A DNA stretch of 32,000 bases from Dubosiella newyorkensis (lineage in GTDB: Bacteria > Bacillota_I > Bacilli_A > Erysipelotrichales > Erysipelotrichaceae): the NCBI RefSeq assembly GCF_001945605.1, contig NZ_MPKA01000056.1, positions 1-32,000 on the forward strand, read 5' to 3'. Both the position numbers and the translations under genes were made by a program. Below are positions 1 through 7,808 of this stretch, one piece after another (position 1 is the first letter of the stretch; every line of letters begins with the position of its first letter). The notes under the pieces were generated by a model. It did no database searches. It saw only the letters and a program-made list of their open reading frames with translations, and was not told the origin of the DNA.

Positions 1-36
1 TCCCTGCCTTGAAGCTCTCTGCCTCAACGCTCACTC

Positions 37-65
37 ATATTACCATGAATGAACTGTTCTGTCAA
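37..65 (-). promoter_or_regulatory. Near-consensus sigma-A-type promoter firing leftwards out of the window
   Basis: The reverse complement of 37-65 reads TTGACA-gaacagttcattcatgg-TAATAT: a perfect -35, a 17-nt spacer and a TGn-extended -10. The transcribed target lies beyond the left edge. Confidence 0.4.
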
Positions 66-196
66 CACTTTTTTCAATATTTTTTGAATATTTTTAGAGG
101 ACAGATTGAGGAGAAACCTCAACAGCTCGTTTAGAATACCTCCATCTCCCTATAAAGTCAACTAAAAAACACACAAATTTACTTCCTTTTCTCTAT

Positions 197-1162
197 TTAC
201 TTGCGAAGATCTTGATAACCTCGTAAACCATAAGCGGCTCTTGCGCTCTTGCATGCAATTACGATCGCCTGCTCCAATGCTTTGACCGCTAAAACACCAA
301 CCGCATTTAGATCTGCTTCAACAAGATTTGAAGCCATCGCAAACACCGTATCCCCGTCATTCGAAGTATGAACTGGTCGGATCGTTCGCGCCAAGGCATC
401 TTGAGCCAACATAGCCACTTTTTTCATTTGGGCTTTCGTGAGATCAGCATTTGTGAGAATACAACCAATCGTAGTGTTTTCATGCGCTCGAGTTTCGCTC
501 ATTTGAACAAGGAGTTGTTCTGAATCCAAAAAGCTTAGCGTTTCAGGATCATATAAGCCGCTAACATGCTTCGAAGAATTTGGTTCATACACATCCCCAC
601 AAGCATTGACGGCAACCACAGCACCTACTTGTAGTTTACCGGTCTGGAAAGCACAAGAACCTATACCCGACTTCATCGAATGATCAAAACCAAGTAATTT
701 CCCGACACTCGCTCCTGTTCCTGCTCCAAAATTTCCATGTTCGAAATTAAAATCTTGCGCGGCTATGCATGCCTCTCTTCCCATCGCTTTTGTTGGATAA
801 GCGTTCGGATCCCCGACTCCTAAATCAAATAGCGAAGCTTGACATACGATCGGAACGATCAATTCTCCAAGCTGAAAGCCAACACCAAGTTCTTTCAAAT
901 ACTCCATTACGCCGCTAGATGCTTCTAAGCCAAAGGCTGACCCCCCAGATAAGAGAACGGCATGGATCTTCTGAACCATATTTTCTGGCCTAAGCAGATC
1001 CGTTTCTCTTGTGGCTGGACCACCGCCTCTAACATCGACACCAGCACTCGCTCCCTTGGGCGCTATGATCACCGTACATCCCGTCGCCCCTTCTATATTT
1101 TGAGCATTTCCGATCTTGAATCCTTCAATTTCCTGGATTTTGATTTCCTTCATCCTATTCAC
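197..1162 (-). CDS. P1 family (DmpA/BapA-like, formerly S58) self-processing aminopeptidase
   Basis: 321-aa ORF with GGGPATRETD, LSGGSAFGL and ENTTIGCILTNA...HTSNDGDTVFA motifs typical of DmpA/P1 peptidases. GAGGTG Shine-Dalgarno 5 nt upstream of the ATG. Confidence 0.85.
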   Translation of the reverse strand: MNRMKEIKIQEIEGFKIGNAQNIEGATGCTVIIAPKGASAGVDVRGGGPATRETDLLRPENMVQKIHAVLLSGGSAFGLEASSGVMEYLKELGVGFQLGELIVPIVCQASLFDLGVGDPNAYPTKAMGREACIAAQDFNFEHGNFGAGTGASVGKLLGFDHSMKSGIGSCAFQTGKLQVGAVVAVNACGDVYEPNSSKHVSGLYDPETLSFLDSEQLLVQMSETRAHENTTIGCILTNADLTKAQMKKVAMLAQDALARTIRPVHTSNDGDTVFAMASNLVEADLNAVGVLAVKALEQAIVIACKSARAAYGLRGYQDLRK

Positions 1163-1233
1163 CTCTATATTATTTAATTTTATAAAATGGATCTAAATGA
1201 TACAAATGAAAATCTATAAAACAACCTCTTTAC

Positions 1234-1253
1234 AATTGAAAATATTTTCAATT
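1234..1253. promoter_or_regulatory. 20-bp perfect palindrome AATTGAAAATATTTTCAATT in the divergent peptidase/opp control region (candidate operator)
   Basis: AATTGAAAAT is the exact reverse complement of ATTTTCAATT. It overlaps a minus-strand TATAAT (1256-1251) and lies 17 nt upstream of the opp -35. Confidence 0.4.
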
Positions 1254-1269
1254 ATAGCTTTGAAAACTG

Positions 1270-1299
1270 TTGCATTCGTCCAATGAATGTTGATAATAT
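1270..1299 (+). promoter_or_regulatory. Candidate opp operon promoter
   Basis: TTGCAT (1270-1275), then a 17/18-nt spacer, then TGaTAATAT (1291-1299). Sits about 40 nt upstream of the oppA ATG. Confidence 0.4.
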
Positions 1300-1340
1300 T
1301 TTTATACGTGTTCATCACATGAGCACAAGGAGGAGATTTT

Positions 1341-2960
1341 ATGAAGAAATTCTTATCATTGGCATGCAGTTCAATGATGCTGATTTCTCTTGTGGGCTGT
1401 GGATCCGGAACAGATACTAAAAAATCTGACGGAAACTATGTCACGCTCGCAAAAGAAAATGATGTAATCTCCATGGACTCTAGATACGCGACAGATGGTA
1501 TGTCTTTTGAAATGATCGCTGCTACTGTTGAAGGTTTAGAAACTATGGACAAGGATGGAAATATTGTTCCTGCACTTGCAGAATCTTATGATGTGAGCGA
1601 TGATGGCTTGATCTATACGTTCCATTTAAGAGACGCGGAATGGTCTAATGGAACGCCAGTAACAGCTGCAGATTTCACTTACGCATGGAATGCGACGATC
1701 AAAAATCCAGCCGCTGAATATGCCTACTTATTCGGATCGGATGGAGCATGTATCAAAAACGCGGATGAGATCTTAGCGGGCGATACAGATTTAGATCTTG
1801 CGATCGCAGCCAAAGACGAAAAAACATTCGAAGTGACACTCGCAAAACAATGTCCATACTTCGTTAGCTTGATGTCCTTCCCAGTTTTCTATCCTGTAAA
1901 TGAAGCCTATGCCACAGAGCAAGGTGACCAATATGGATTGACAGCCGACAACTTGATCGCGAACGGTCCGTATAAATTAGTGAGCTGGAGCAAAGGAAAT
2001 AAACTTGTATTAGAAAAGAACGATTCGTATTGGGATGCAGAAAACGTGAAAGTCGACGGCATCAACGTCAATATCGTTCCAGAAGCAAGTACATCGGCTC
2101 TTGATTTCGAAAGCGGAAATACCGATTTCACAAAATTAAACTCTACACTTGTTGACAAATACAAAGATAACGAAGCTTATACAACTGTGCTTGAAGGATA
2201 TTTATGGTATCTACAGTACAATTATGACAACAAATACCTTCAAAACGAAAACTTAAGAAAAGCGATTTCTACAGTGATCGACCGTGAAGACCTCGTAGAA
2301 AACGTATTGAAAGACGGTTCGATCGTGTGTGGAGGTTTTGTCCCTGAAGCTCTTGCGACAGGCCCTGATGGAAAAGATTATCGTGAGTCTGCTCCAGAGT
2401 ATTTCAATATGCTTGCTGAAGACGGATTGAAAGCCGCACAAGAATATTGGGATAAAGCAAAACAAGAACTCGGTGTTAACGAAATCACGCTTTCTCTTCT
2501 TTATGAGCCATCAGATCCTTCGAAACCAGCCGCTGAGTTTATTCAGTCTCAGATTCAGCAATTAGACGGAATCACAGTAGAGATGGTCAGCCAAGAAAAA
2601 GAAAATCGTATCGAAAAACAAAAAGCCGGCGATTTTGATATGGTATTGACACGCTGGGGTCCAGACTACGCCGATCCTACAACATATTTGAACCTAATGT
2701 TGACTGGAAATTCGTATAACTATGGAAAATATTCCAGCAAAGAATACGACGCGAAAATGGCGGAAGCAGCGAATGCGAAATCCGATGAAGAACGTTGGCA
2801 AAAACTTCAAGAAGCTGAAGCGATCTTGATGAACGACGTTCCTGTAGTCGGCGTATTCCAAGTAGGTGGAGCAAGCCTTATCAACAAAAATGTTACAGGT
2901 ATCGAAAACCATGCCGTAGGTGTTCCTTATATCTACAAAAATCTAGAAAAGAAAGAATAA
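1341..2960 (+). CDS. oppA: Peptide ABC transporter substrate-binding lipoprotein (Opp/Dpp/App family 5 SBP)
   Basis: 539 aa. Signal peptide ending in the lipobox LVGC. The overall SBP_bac_5 layout is recognisable. AAGGAGGAG RBS. First gene of a five-gene ABC operon. Confidence 0.9.
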   Translation: MKKFLSLACSSMMLISLVGCGSGTDTKKSDGNYVTLAKENDVISMDSRYATDGMSFEMIAATVEGLETMDKDGNIVPALAESYDVSDDGLIYTFHLRDAEWSNGTPVTAADFTYAWNATIKNPAAEYAYLFGSDGACIKNADEILAGDTDLDLAIAAKDEKTFEVTLAKQCPYFVSLMSFPVFYPVNEAYATEQGDQYGLTADNLIANGPYKLVSWSKGNKLVLEKNDSYWDAENVKVDGINVNIVPEASTSALDFESGNTDFTKLNSTLVDKYKDNEAYTTVLEGYLWYLQYNYDNKYLQNENLRKAISTVIDREDLVENVLKDGSIVCGGFVPEALATGPDGKDYRESAPEYFNMLAEDGLKAAQEYWDKAKQELGVNEITLSLLYEPSDPSKPAAEFIQSQIQQLDGITVEMVSQEKENRIEKQKAGDFDMVLTRWGPDYADPTTYLNLMLTGNSYNYGKYSSKEYDAKMAEAANAKSDEERWQKLQEAEAILMNDVPVVGVFQVGGASLINKNVTGIENHAVGVPYIYKNLEKKE

Positions 2961-3032
2961 CCTGTATTTGAGCTGTAAGATTACCAATCTTCTTGCAGCT
3001 CATTTTTAAATCAAAAACGAAAGGAGTCAAAC

Positions 3033-3983
3033 ATGGATAAATCCACCATAAAATATATTTTAAAGCGATTATTGATTGCAGCCGCCACCTTGTTTGTAAT
3101 CGTATTCGTTCTTTTCATGATCTTAAAACTAATGCCAGGAACTCCATTCAACGATGAAAAGTTGACAGAAGCTCAAAAGGCAGCCATCTACGCCGCCTAC
3201 GGACTCGATAAGCCAGAACTTGAACAATTCTATATCTATATCACCAATATGCTCAAAGGCGATTTTGGAATTTCGTATGCGATCCAAAGAAATATGAGTG
3301 TTGCTGGATTAGTGGCCCCAAGAATCGGCATTTCTTTTTCTCTAGGAATTGGAGCCACGCTTATCGGAACGATCATAGGAATCCTACTAGGAATCGCTGC
3401 CGCTCTAAATCGAAATACGATATGGGATTCGATCGCCACCATCTTCGCTGTAATAGGTGTCTCGATTCCCTCCTTCGTATTTTGTTTGCTGCTTTTGATC
3501 GCTTTTGGCGTAAAATGGCCCGTACTTCCTGTTTTATACAACGCCTCCGACCCGATTCGCTCAAGCATCATTCCCATGGTCGCCTTATCTATGGGTGTGA
3601 TCGCCAATGTTGCCCGTTTCACACGATCTGAAATGATCGAGGTTTTAGGAAGCGAATACATCCAGCTTGCAGAAGCAAAAGGAATCAGCTATAAACATTT
3701 GATCCTTCACCATGCGATCCGCAACTGTCTTATTCCTATGATCACTGTCTTAGGTCCGATCATCGTAGGTTTGATGACCGGAAGTATGGTCATCGAAAAG
3801 ATCTGTGGGATCCCAGGATTAGGTTCTTTACTCGTAAAAGCGATCGAAGTCAGAGACTACAACGTCATATTGGCAGTCTCATTCTTATACTCTGTCATGT
3901 ATATCGTCGTTATGTTAGTGATCGACATTCTATACGGAATCATTGATCCGAGAATTCGACTTGGAAAGGGGGATCGATCCTAA
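3033..3983 (+). CDS. oppB: Peptide ABC transporter permease
   Basis: 316 aa, multi-TM BPD-type permease with the conserved cytoplasmic loop (AEAKGISYKHLILHHAIRN). AAAGGAG RBS. Confidence 0.9.
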   Translation: MDKSTIKYILKRLLIAAATLFVIVFVLFMILKLMPGTPFNDEKLTEAQKAAIYAAYGLDKPELEQFYIYITNMLKGDFGISYAIQRNMSVAGLVAPRIGISFSLGIGATLIGTIIGILLGIAAALNRNTIWDSIATIFAVIGVSIPSFVFCLLLLIAFGVKWPVLPVLYNASDPIRSSIIPMVALSMGVIANVARFTRSEMIEVLGSEYIQLAEAKGISYKHLILHHAIRNCLIPMITVLGPIIVGLMTGSMVIEKICGIPGLGSLLVKAIEVRDYNVILAVSFLYSVMYIVVMLVIDILYGIIDPRIRLGKGDRS

Positions 3984-5026
3984 TGGCTAAATTGATCAAA
4001 AATCAAAAAGATCTTGATGAATTCCTTCAAGATTATCATTATATGCCGCAAGATTATGAACTAATTGACATACCGACTCGTTTTGAATTCGACGAAGACG
4101 TTCCTGCCTCCTCCTTCCTTCATGATGTATGGACCCAATTCAAGTCAAATAAAGGAGCGATCGTGGGTGGTATTATCATTCTGATCTTCATCGTGATCTC
4201 TTTTGTTGCACCGATGACTTCCCATTACTCTTTTGATGCGGTTGACACAGCCCAGCAAAGTATGGCTCCACGCATTCCTGGTTTGACATGGATGAGCTGG
4301 TTCAATGGCGAAGGTGGGATCCGTCAATATACTGGCGATCTAGCCAATGTCTACCATTACTTTGGAACCGATGTGCTTGGACGCGACCTTTGGGTTCGAT
4401 GCTGGGAAGGATGCCGCATCTCGTTGTTCGTAGCGGGAACAGCCGTTCTAGTCAATGTGTTTATCGGAATCTTATATGGAATGATCAGCGGTTATTTTGG
4501 CGGCTGGGTCGATTCAATCATGCAACGTTTCCAAGAAATCGTGAACTCGATTCCGACCCTCGTAATTTTGACCTTGCTTTTATTGATCATGAAACCAGGG
4601 CTTTATACGATCATCGTTGCCTTGATCTTGACAGAATGGATCGGGATGGCTCGGATCACTCGCGCTCAAGTGCTAAAGATCAAAGAATTAGAGTTCATCC
4701 TCGCCTCAAAAACTTTAGGCGCAAGCGGATTTTTCATCATCTTTAAAAACGTGCTTCCTAATATATTTGGACAAATCATAATCATGGCAATGTTTTCGAT
4801 CCCCAATGCGATCTTCTATGAAGCTTTCTTAGCCATGGTGGGCCTAGGTATCCCCGCCCCACAAGCTTCTCTAGGTTCCTTGATCAACGACGGCTTTAAA
4901 ACGATCCTTGTCACTCCATACCAGGTCGTTATCCCAGTTGTGATCCTTGGAATCTTGATGCTTTCCTTTAACTTGCTCGCGGATGGATTGCGTGATGCAT
5001 TCGATCCAAAAATGAAAGAAATGTAG
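3983..5026 (+). CDS. oppC: Peptide ABC transporter permease with OppC-type N-terminal extension
   Basis: 347 aa. TAATG stop/start overlap with oppB. TM-rich sequence with a permease EAA-like region (TEWIGMARITRAQVL). Confidence 0.9.
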   Translation: MAKLIKNQKDLDEFLQDYHYMPQDYELIDIPTRFEFDEDVPASSFLHDVWTQFKSNKGAIVGGIIILIFIVISFVAPMTSHYSFDAVDTAQQSMAPRIPGLTWMSWFNGEGGIRQYTGDLANVYHYFGTDVLGRDLWVRCWEGCRISLFVAGTAVLVNVFIGILYGMISGYFGGWVDSIMQRFQEIVNSIPTLVILTLLLLIMKPGLYTIIVALILTEWIGMARITRAQVLKIKELEFILASKTLGASGFFIIFKNVLPNIFGQIIIMAMFSIPNAIFYEAFLAMVGLGIPAPQASLGSLINDGFKTILVTPYQVVIPVVILGILMLSFNLLADGLRDAFDPKMKEM

Positions 5027-5039
5027 AAAGGAGCTCGAG

Positions 5040-6182
5040 ATGACGAAAAAGAAAAAGATCTTGAAGATCCGCGATTTAGATATATCATTCAAAACTGACA
5101 ACGGTGAAGTCAAAGCCGTTCGAGGCGTTGATCTCGATTTACACGAAGGCGAAACGATCGCTATCGTTGGTGAATCTGGCTCCGGAAAGTCCGTGACCAC
5201 AAAAGCTGTTATGGGAATTCTAGCCTCCAATGGTGTCATTAACAAAGGCTCCATTGAATTTACCTACACCGATCTTTCCAAAGAACGGATTGCTGAGGTA
5301 ACCCAAAAATACGATGGCGTGATCCCTGAAGGATACGCGAAAGAAGAAGAAATCAAAACTGTCGATATCACGCAACAATCCAAAAAGTTTATCCAATCCG
5401 AAATTCGAGGACGGAGGATCGCCATGGTCTTTCAAGATCCTATGACTTCCTTGGATCCGACGATGACAATCGGAAAACAAGTGATGGAAGCGATGCTTTT
5501 CCACTATAAGATCCCCAAAAAAGAAGCGTACGCCCGTGCTGTACAGCTTCTTGAACTCGTCGGCATCACAGATGCAGAAAAACGAATGAAAAATTATCCG
5601 CATCAACTTTCTGGAGGAATGCGACAAAGAATCGTTATCGCGATCGCGCTTTCTTGCGATCCAGAAATCTTAATCTGCGACGAGCCAACGACCGCCCTTG
5701 ACGTGACGATCCAAGCCAAGATCTTGGAACTGATCAAAGATATTCAAAAAAAGAAAAACCTATCCGTGATCTATATCACGCATGATCTTGGCGTCGTTGC
5801 TAAAGTCGCTGATTTTGTCAATGTCATGTATGCAGGAAGGATCATCGAAAAAGGAAGTGTGAACGAAATCTTCTATGGTCCTAGACACCCATATACGTGG
5901 GGCCTTCTTGCTTCGCTGCCCGATGTCGACACAGCCGGCGATGAACTCTACACAATTCCAGGCACTCCTCCAAATCTATTAAAAGAAATCAAAGGGGATG
6001 CTTTCGCGCCAAGAAATCCATTCGCTTTGAAGATCGATGAAAAGATCGCACCTCCAATGTTTGAAATCACGCCAACACATCATGTCGCATCTTGGCTTGC
6101 CGCTCCGAATGCTCCAAAAGTAGAAATGCCGCAAGACTTGAAAGCACGTATAGAAAAAAATAGAAAAGAGGCGAATTGGTAA
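5040..6182 (+). CDS. oppD: Peptide ABC transporter ATP-binding protein
   Basis: Walker A GESGSGKS, signature LSGGMRQR, Walker B ILICDEPTTALD and a C-terminal oligopeptide-ABC extension. AAAGGAG RBS. Carries an insertion of about 30 aa between Walker A and the Q-loop. Confidence 0.9.
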   Translation: MTKKKKILKIRDLDISFKTDNGEVKAVRGVDLDLHEGETIAIVGESGSGKSVTTKAVMGILASNGVINKGSIEFTYTDLSKERIAEVTQKYDGVIPEGYAKEEEIKTVDITQQSKKFIQSEIRGRRIAMVFQDPMTSLDPTMTIGKQVMEAMLFHYKIPKKEAYARAVQLLELVGITDAEKRMKNYPHQLSGGMRQRIVIAIALSCDPEILICDEPTTALDVTIQAKILELIKDIQKKKNLSVIYITHDLGVVAKVADFVNVMYAGRIIEKGSVNEIFYGPRHPYTWGLLASLPDVDTAGDELYTIPGTPPNLLKEIKGDAFAPRNPFALKIDEKIAPPMFEITPTHHVASWLAAPNAPKVEMPQDLKARIEKNRKEANW

Positions 6183-7099
6183 TGGAACCGATCTTAGATG
6201 TTAAAAACCTAAAACAGCATTTTAAAGTCAATCGTAATTTTACAGTCAAAGCTGTTGATGGCATCGATTTCTATATAGCTCCAGGAGAAACATATGGACT
6301 CGTTGGAGAATCCGGTTCTGGAAAAAGCACAACGGGTCGTTCGATCATCCGTTTATACGATCCAACAGATGGAACGATCACTTTTTGCGGACGAACAATT
6401 TCTGGAAAACTTAGTAAAGAAGACCGGAAATTTCTTCACACCAATATGCAAATGATCTTTCAAGATCCGATGGCTTGCCTAAATCCACGCGAAAAAGTCA
6501 TGGATATCGTGGCGGAAGGCCTTGATATTCACCACCTCTATTCAAGCCAGGAAGAGAGAGCAAAGAAAGTTTACGATATGCTAGAACTTGTAGGACTTTC
6601 TAAAGAACATGCCAATCGTTATCCACATCAGTTTTCAGGAGGGCAAAGACAAAGGATCGGAATCGCACGTGCCCTTGTTATGGATCCAAAATTGATCATT
6701 GCTGACGAAGCGATCTCCGCACTTGACGTATCGATCCAGGCACAAGTCGTGAACTTGATGAAAAAGATCCAAAAACAAACGAATACAGCTTTCTTATTTA
6801 TCGCCCATGATCTAAGCATGGTGAAATATATTTCAGATCGCATCGGCGTCATGCATCTTGGACATCTTGTAGAAACTGGAACGACCGAAGAGATTTTTAA
6901 AAATCCGATCCATCCATATACGCGATCCCTTTTATCGGCGATCCCAGAACCTAATCCAATCATTGAAAAAGAGCGCCGCTCTTTTTCATATGATTATGAA
7001 ACAAGCGGAATCGACTACACTAAAGGATCCAACCACCATGTTGGCGGTTCCCATTTTGTCCTGGCGACTGACGAAGAATTTAAAAACTGGACCGCATAA
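6182..7099 (+). CDS. oppF: Peptide ABC transporter ATP-binding protein
   Basis: Walker A GESGSGKST, signature FSGGQRQRIGIARAL, Walker B LIIADEAISALD. The ATG at 6182 overlaps the oppD stop (TAATG). The ORF track starts 6 nt earlier, at TTG 6176. Confidence 0.9.
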   Translation: MEPILDVKNLKQHFKVNRNFTVKAVDGIDFYIAPGETYGLVGESGSGKSTTGRSIIRLYDPTDGTITFCGRTISGKLSKEDRKFLHTNMQMIFQDPMACLNPREKVMDIVAEGLDIHHLYSSQEERAKKVYDMLELVGLSKEHANRYPHQFSGGQRQRIGIARALVMDPKLIIADEAISALDVSIQAQVVNLMKKIQKQTNTAFLFIAHDLSMVKYISDRIGVMHLGHLVETGTTEEIFKNPIHPYTRSLLSAIPEPNPIIEKERRSFSYDYETSGIDYTKGSNHHVGGSHFVLATDEEFKNWTA

Positions 7100-7105
7100 A
7101 CAGGA

Positions 7106-7131
7106 AAAAGCACCGAGAAGGTGCTTTTTTT
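7106..7131. terminator. Bidirectional intrinsic terminator between oppF and the ssb-like gene
   Basis: AAAAGCACC-gagaa-GGTGCTTTT hairpin followed by a T-run on the plus strand. A weaker T-tract follows it on the minus strand. Confidence 0.8.
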
Positions 7132-7189
7132 ACATAAGAAGATATGTATTTAAGAAAAGATGAAGTTGTTTGGATGGAAAAACATTCAC

Positions 7190-7498
7190 TTATTTTAGGT
7201 ATTTGATCGATTCGGCGATAAAGGTTGGGTTATGGAAAGTCCGCCCATCTTTTTCATAGGGTCTTGTCGAAATTCTACCTTTTGCACTGATCCATGTCCC
7301 TTCGGAAGCGACATTGCATAAAGTTTCAGCAATCCCACGCCAAAGCTCAACAGGAATTAAATCAAACTCATAAACACCTTCAGAGTTCGCGAATGGACGC
7401 TGCACTTTTAAAAGGACATTTGCCACTTTGATCCCGCTCACCGTTTCTTTCAAGGTCGGTATTTCTGCTACTTGACCAACAACACAAAATAAATTCAT
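7190..7498 (-). CDS. ssb: Single-stranded DNA-binding protein paralogue (OB fold only, no C-terminal tail)
   Basis: 102 aa. Colinear by eye with the SSB OB domain (VVGQV..P.L...SG..VA...L.V.RPF....G....D...V..W...AE...). Ends straight after the OB fold. AAGGAG RBS. Confidence 0.75.
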   Translation of the reverse strand: MNLFCVVGQVAEIPTLKETVSGIKVANVLLKVQRPFANSEGVYEFDLIPVELWRGIAETLCNVASEGTWISAKGRISTRPYEKDGRTFHNPTFIAESIKYLK

Positions 7499-7546
7499 AA
7501 AACATTGCTCCTTTTCTGAAAGAACTACTCGTTCTTTCCGAGACGT

Positions 7547-7575
7547 ATAGTATTAAATCTTATAGAACTTATCAA
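7547..7575 (-). promoter_or_regulatory. Candidate promoter of the ssb-like gene
   Basis: The minus strand reads TTGATA (7575-7570), a 17-nt spacer, then TACTAT (7552-7547). It is followed by an 8-bp 5'-UTR hairpin GAAAGAAC/GTTCTTTC at 7518-7538. Confidence 0.45.
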
Positions 7576-7580
7576 AAGCG

Positions 7581-7669
7581 CTATTCTATGTAATTCGCAA
7601 ATAAATCCTTAAATTACATAGAATTATTCCCTCTGATTTATATGATAATTATGAAATTACATAGAATAG
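7581..7669. repeat. Three copies of a 13-15-bp motif AATTACATAGAAT(AG): candidate operator set
   Basis: 7655-7669 is AATTACATAGAATAG. 7612-7626 is AATTACATAGAATTA. 7581-7595 is the exact reverse complement of the 15-mer. Centre spacings are 31 and 43 bp. Confidence 0.6.
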
Positions 7670-7770
7670 AACGAAATGAAACTCTGTTTTAAGTTCTTTC
7701 ACAAATCTAAAACAAATCTTGAAACATCGTTTTTATCGAACGAAACTCTATACTTTTTTAAAAACACATT

Positions 7771-7779
7771 TGCTATACT
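7771..7779 (+). promoter_or_regulatory. Extended -10 element (TGcTATACT) upstream of the GH1 gene
   Basis: TGCTATACT lies 30 nt upstream of ATG 7809. No good -35 is present. Confidence 0.3.
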
Positions 7780-7808
7780 GAAAACAGATACAAGAAAAGG
7801 AGAATACT

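Noticed and set aside
3-134. Plus-strand open frame running in from the left edge (44 codons ending at TAG 132-134), a possible 3' end of a gene
   Set aside because: It is too short and has no recognisable motif. It overlaps the strong minus-strand promoter at 37-65. I cannot support it from this window.
4288-4746. 152-aa plus-strand ORF inside oppC, in another frame
   Set aside because: It lies entirely inside a confidently assigned permease gene. It has no RBS and an Arg/Trp/Ser-rich off-frame composition. The same reasoning applies to the shadow ORFs at 3236-3661, 4871-5254, 5220-5627, 6628-6963, 21746-22060 and 22028-22420, and to the nested ORFs at 25004-25761 inside tex.
6619-6627. Perfect DnaA box TTATCCACA
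   Set aside because: It is a single occurrence inside the oppF coding sequence (NRYPHQ). There is no cluster, no AT-rich unwinding region and no dnaA/dnaN context, so it is not an origin.
7700-7745. cre (CcpA) site or RAT antiterminator upstream of the GH1 gene
   Set aside because: TGAAACATCGTTTT does not place the central CG correctly for TGWAANCGNTNWCA. No RAT-like sequence (GGATTGTTACTG...) and no leader terminator is present.
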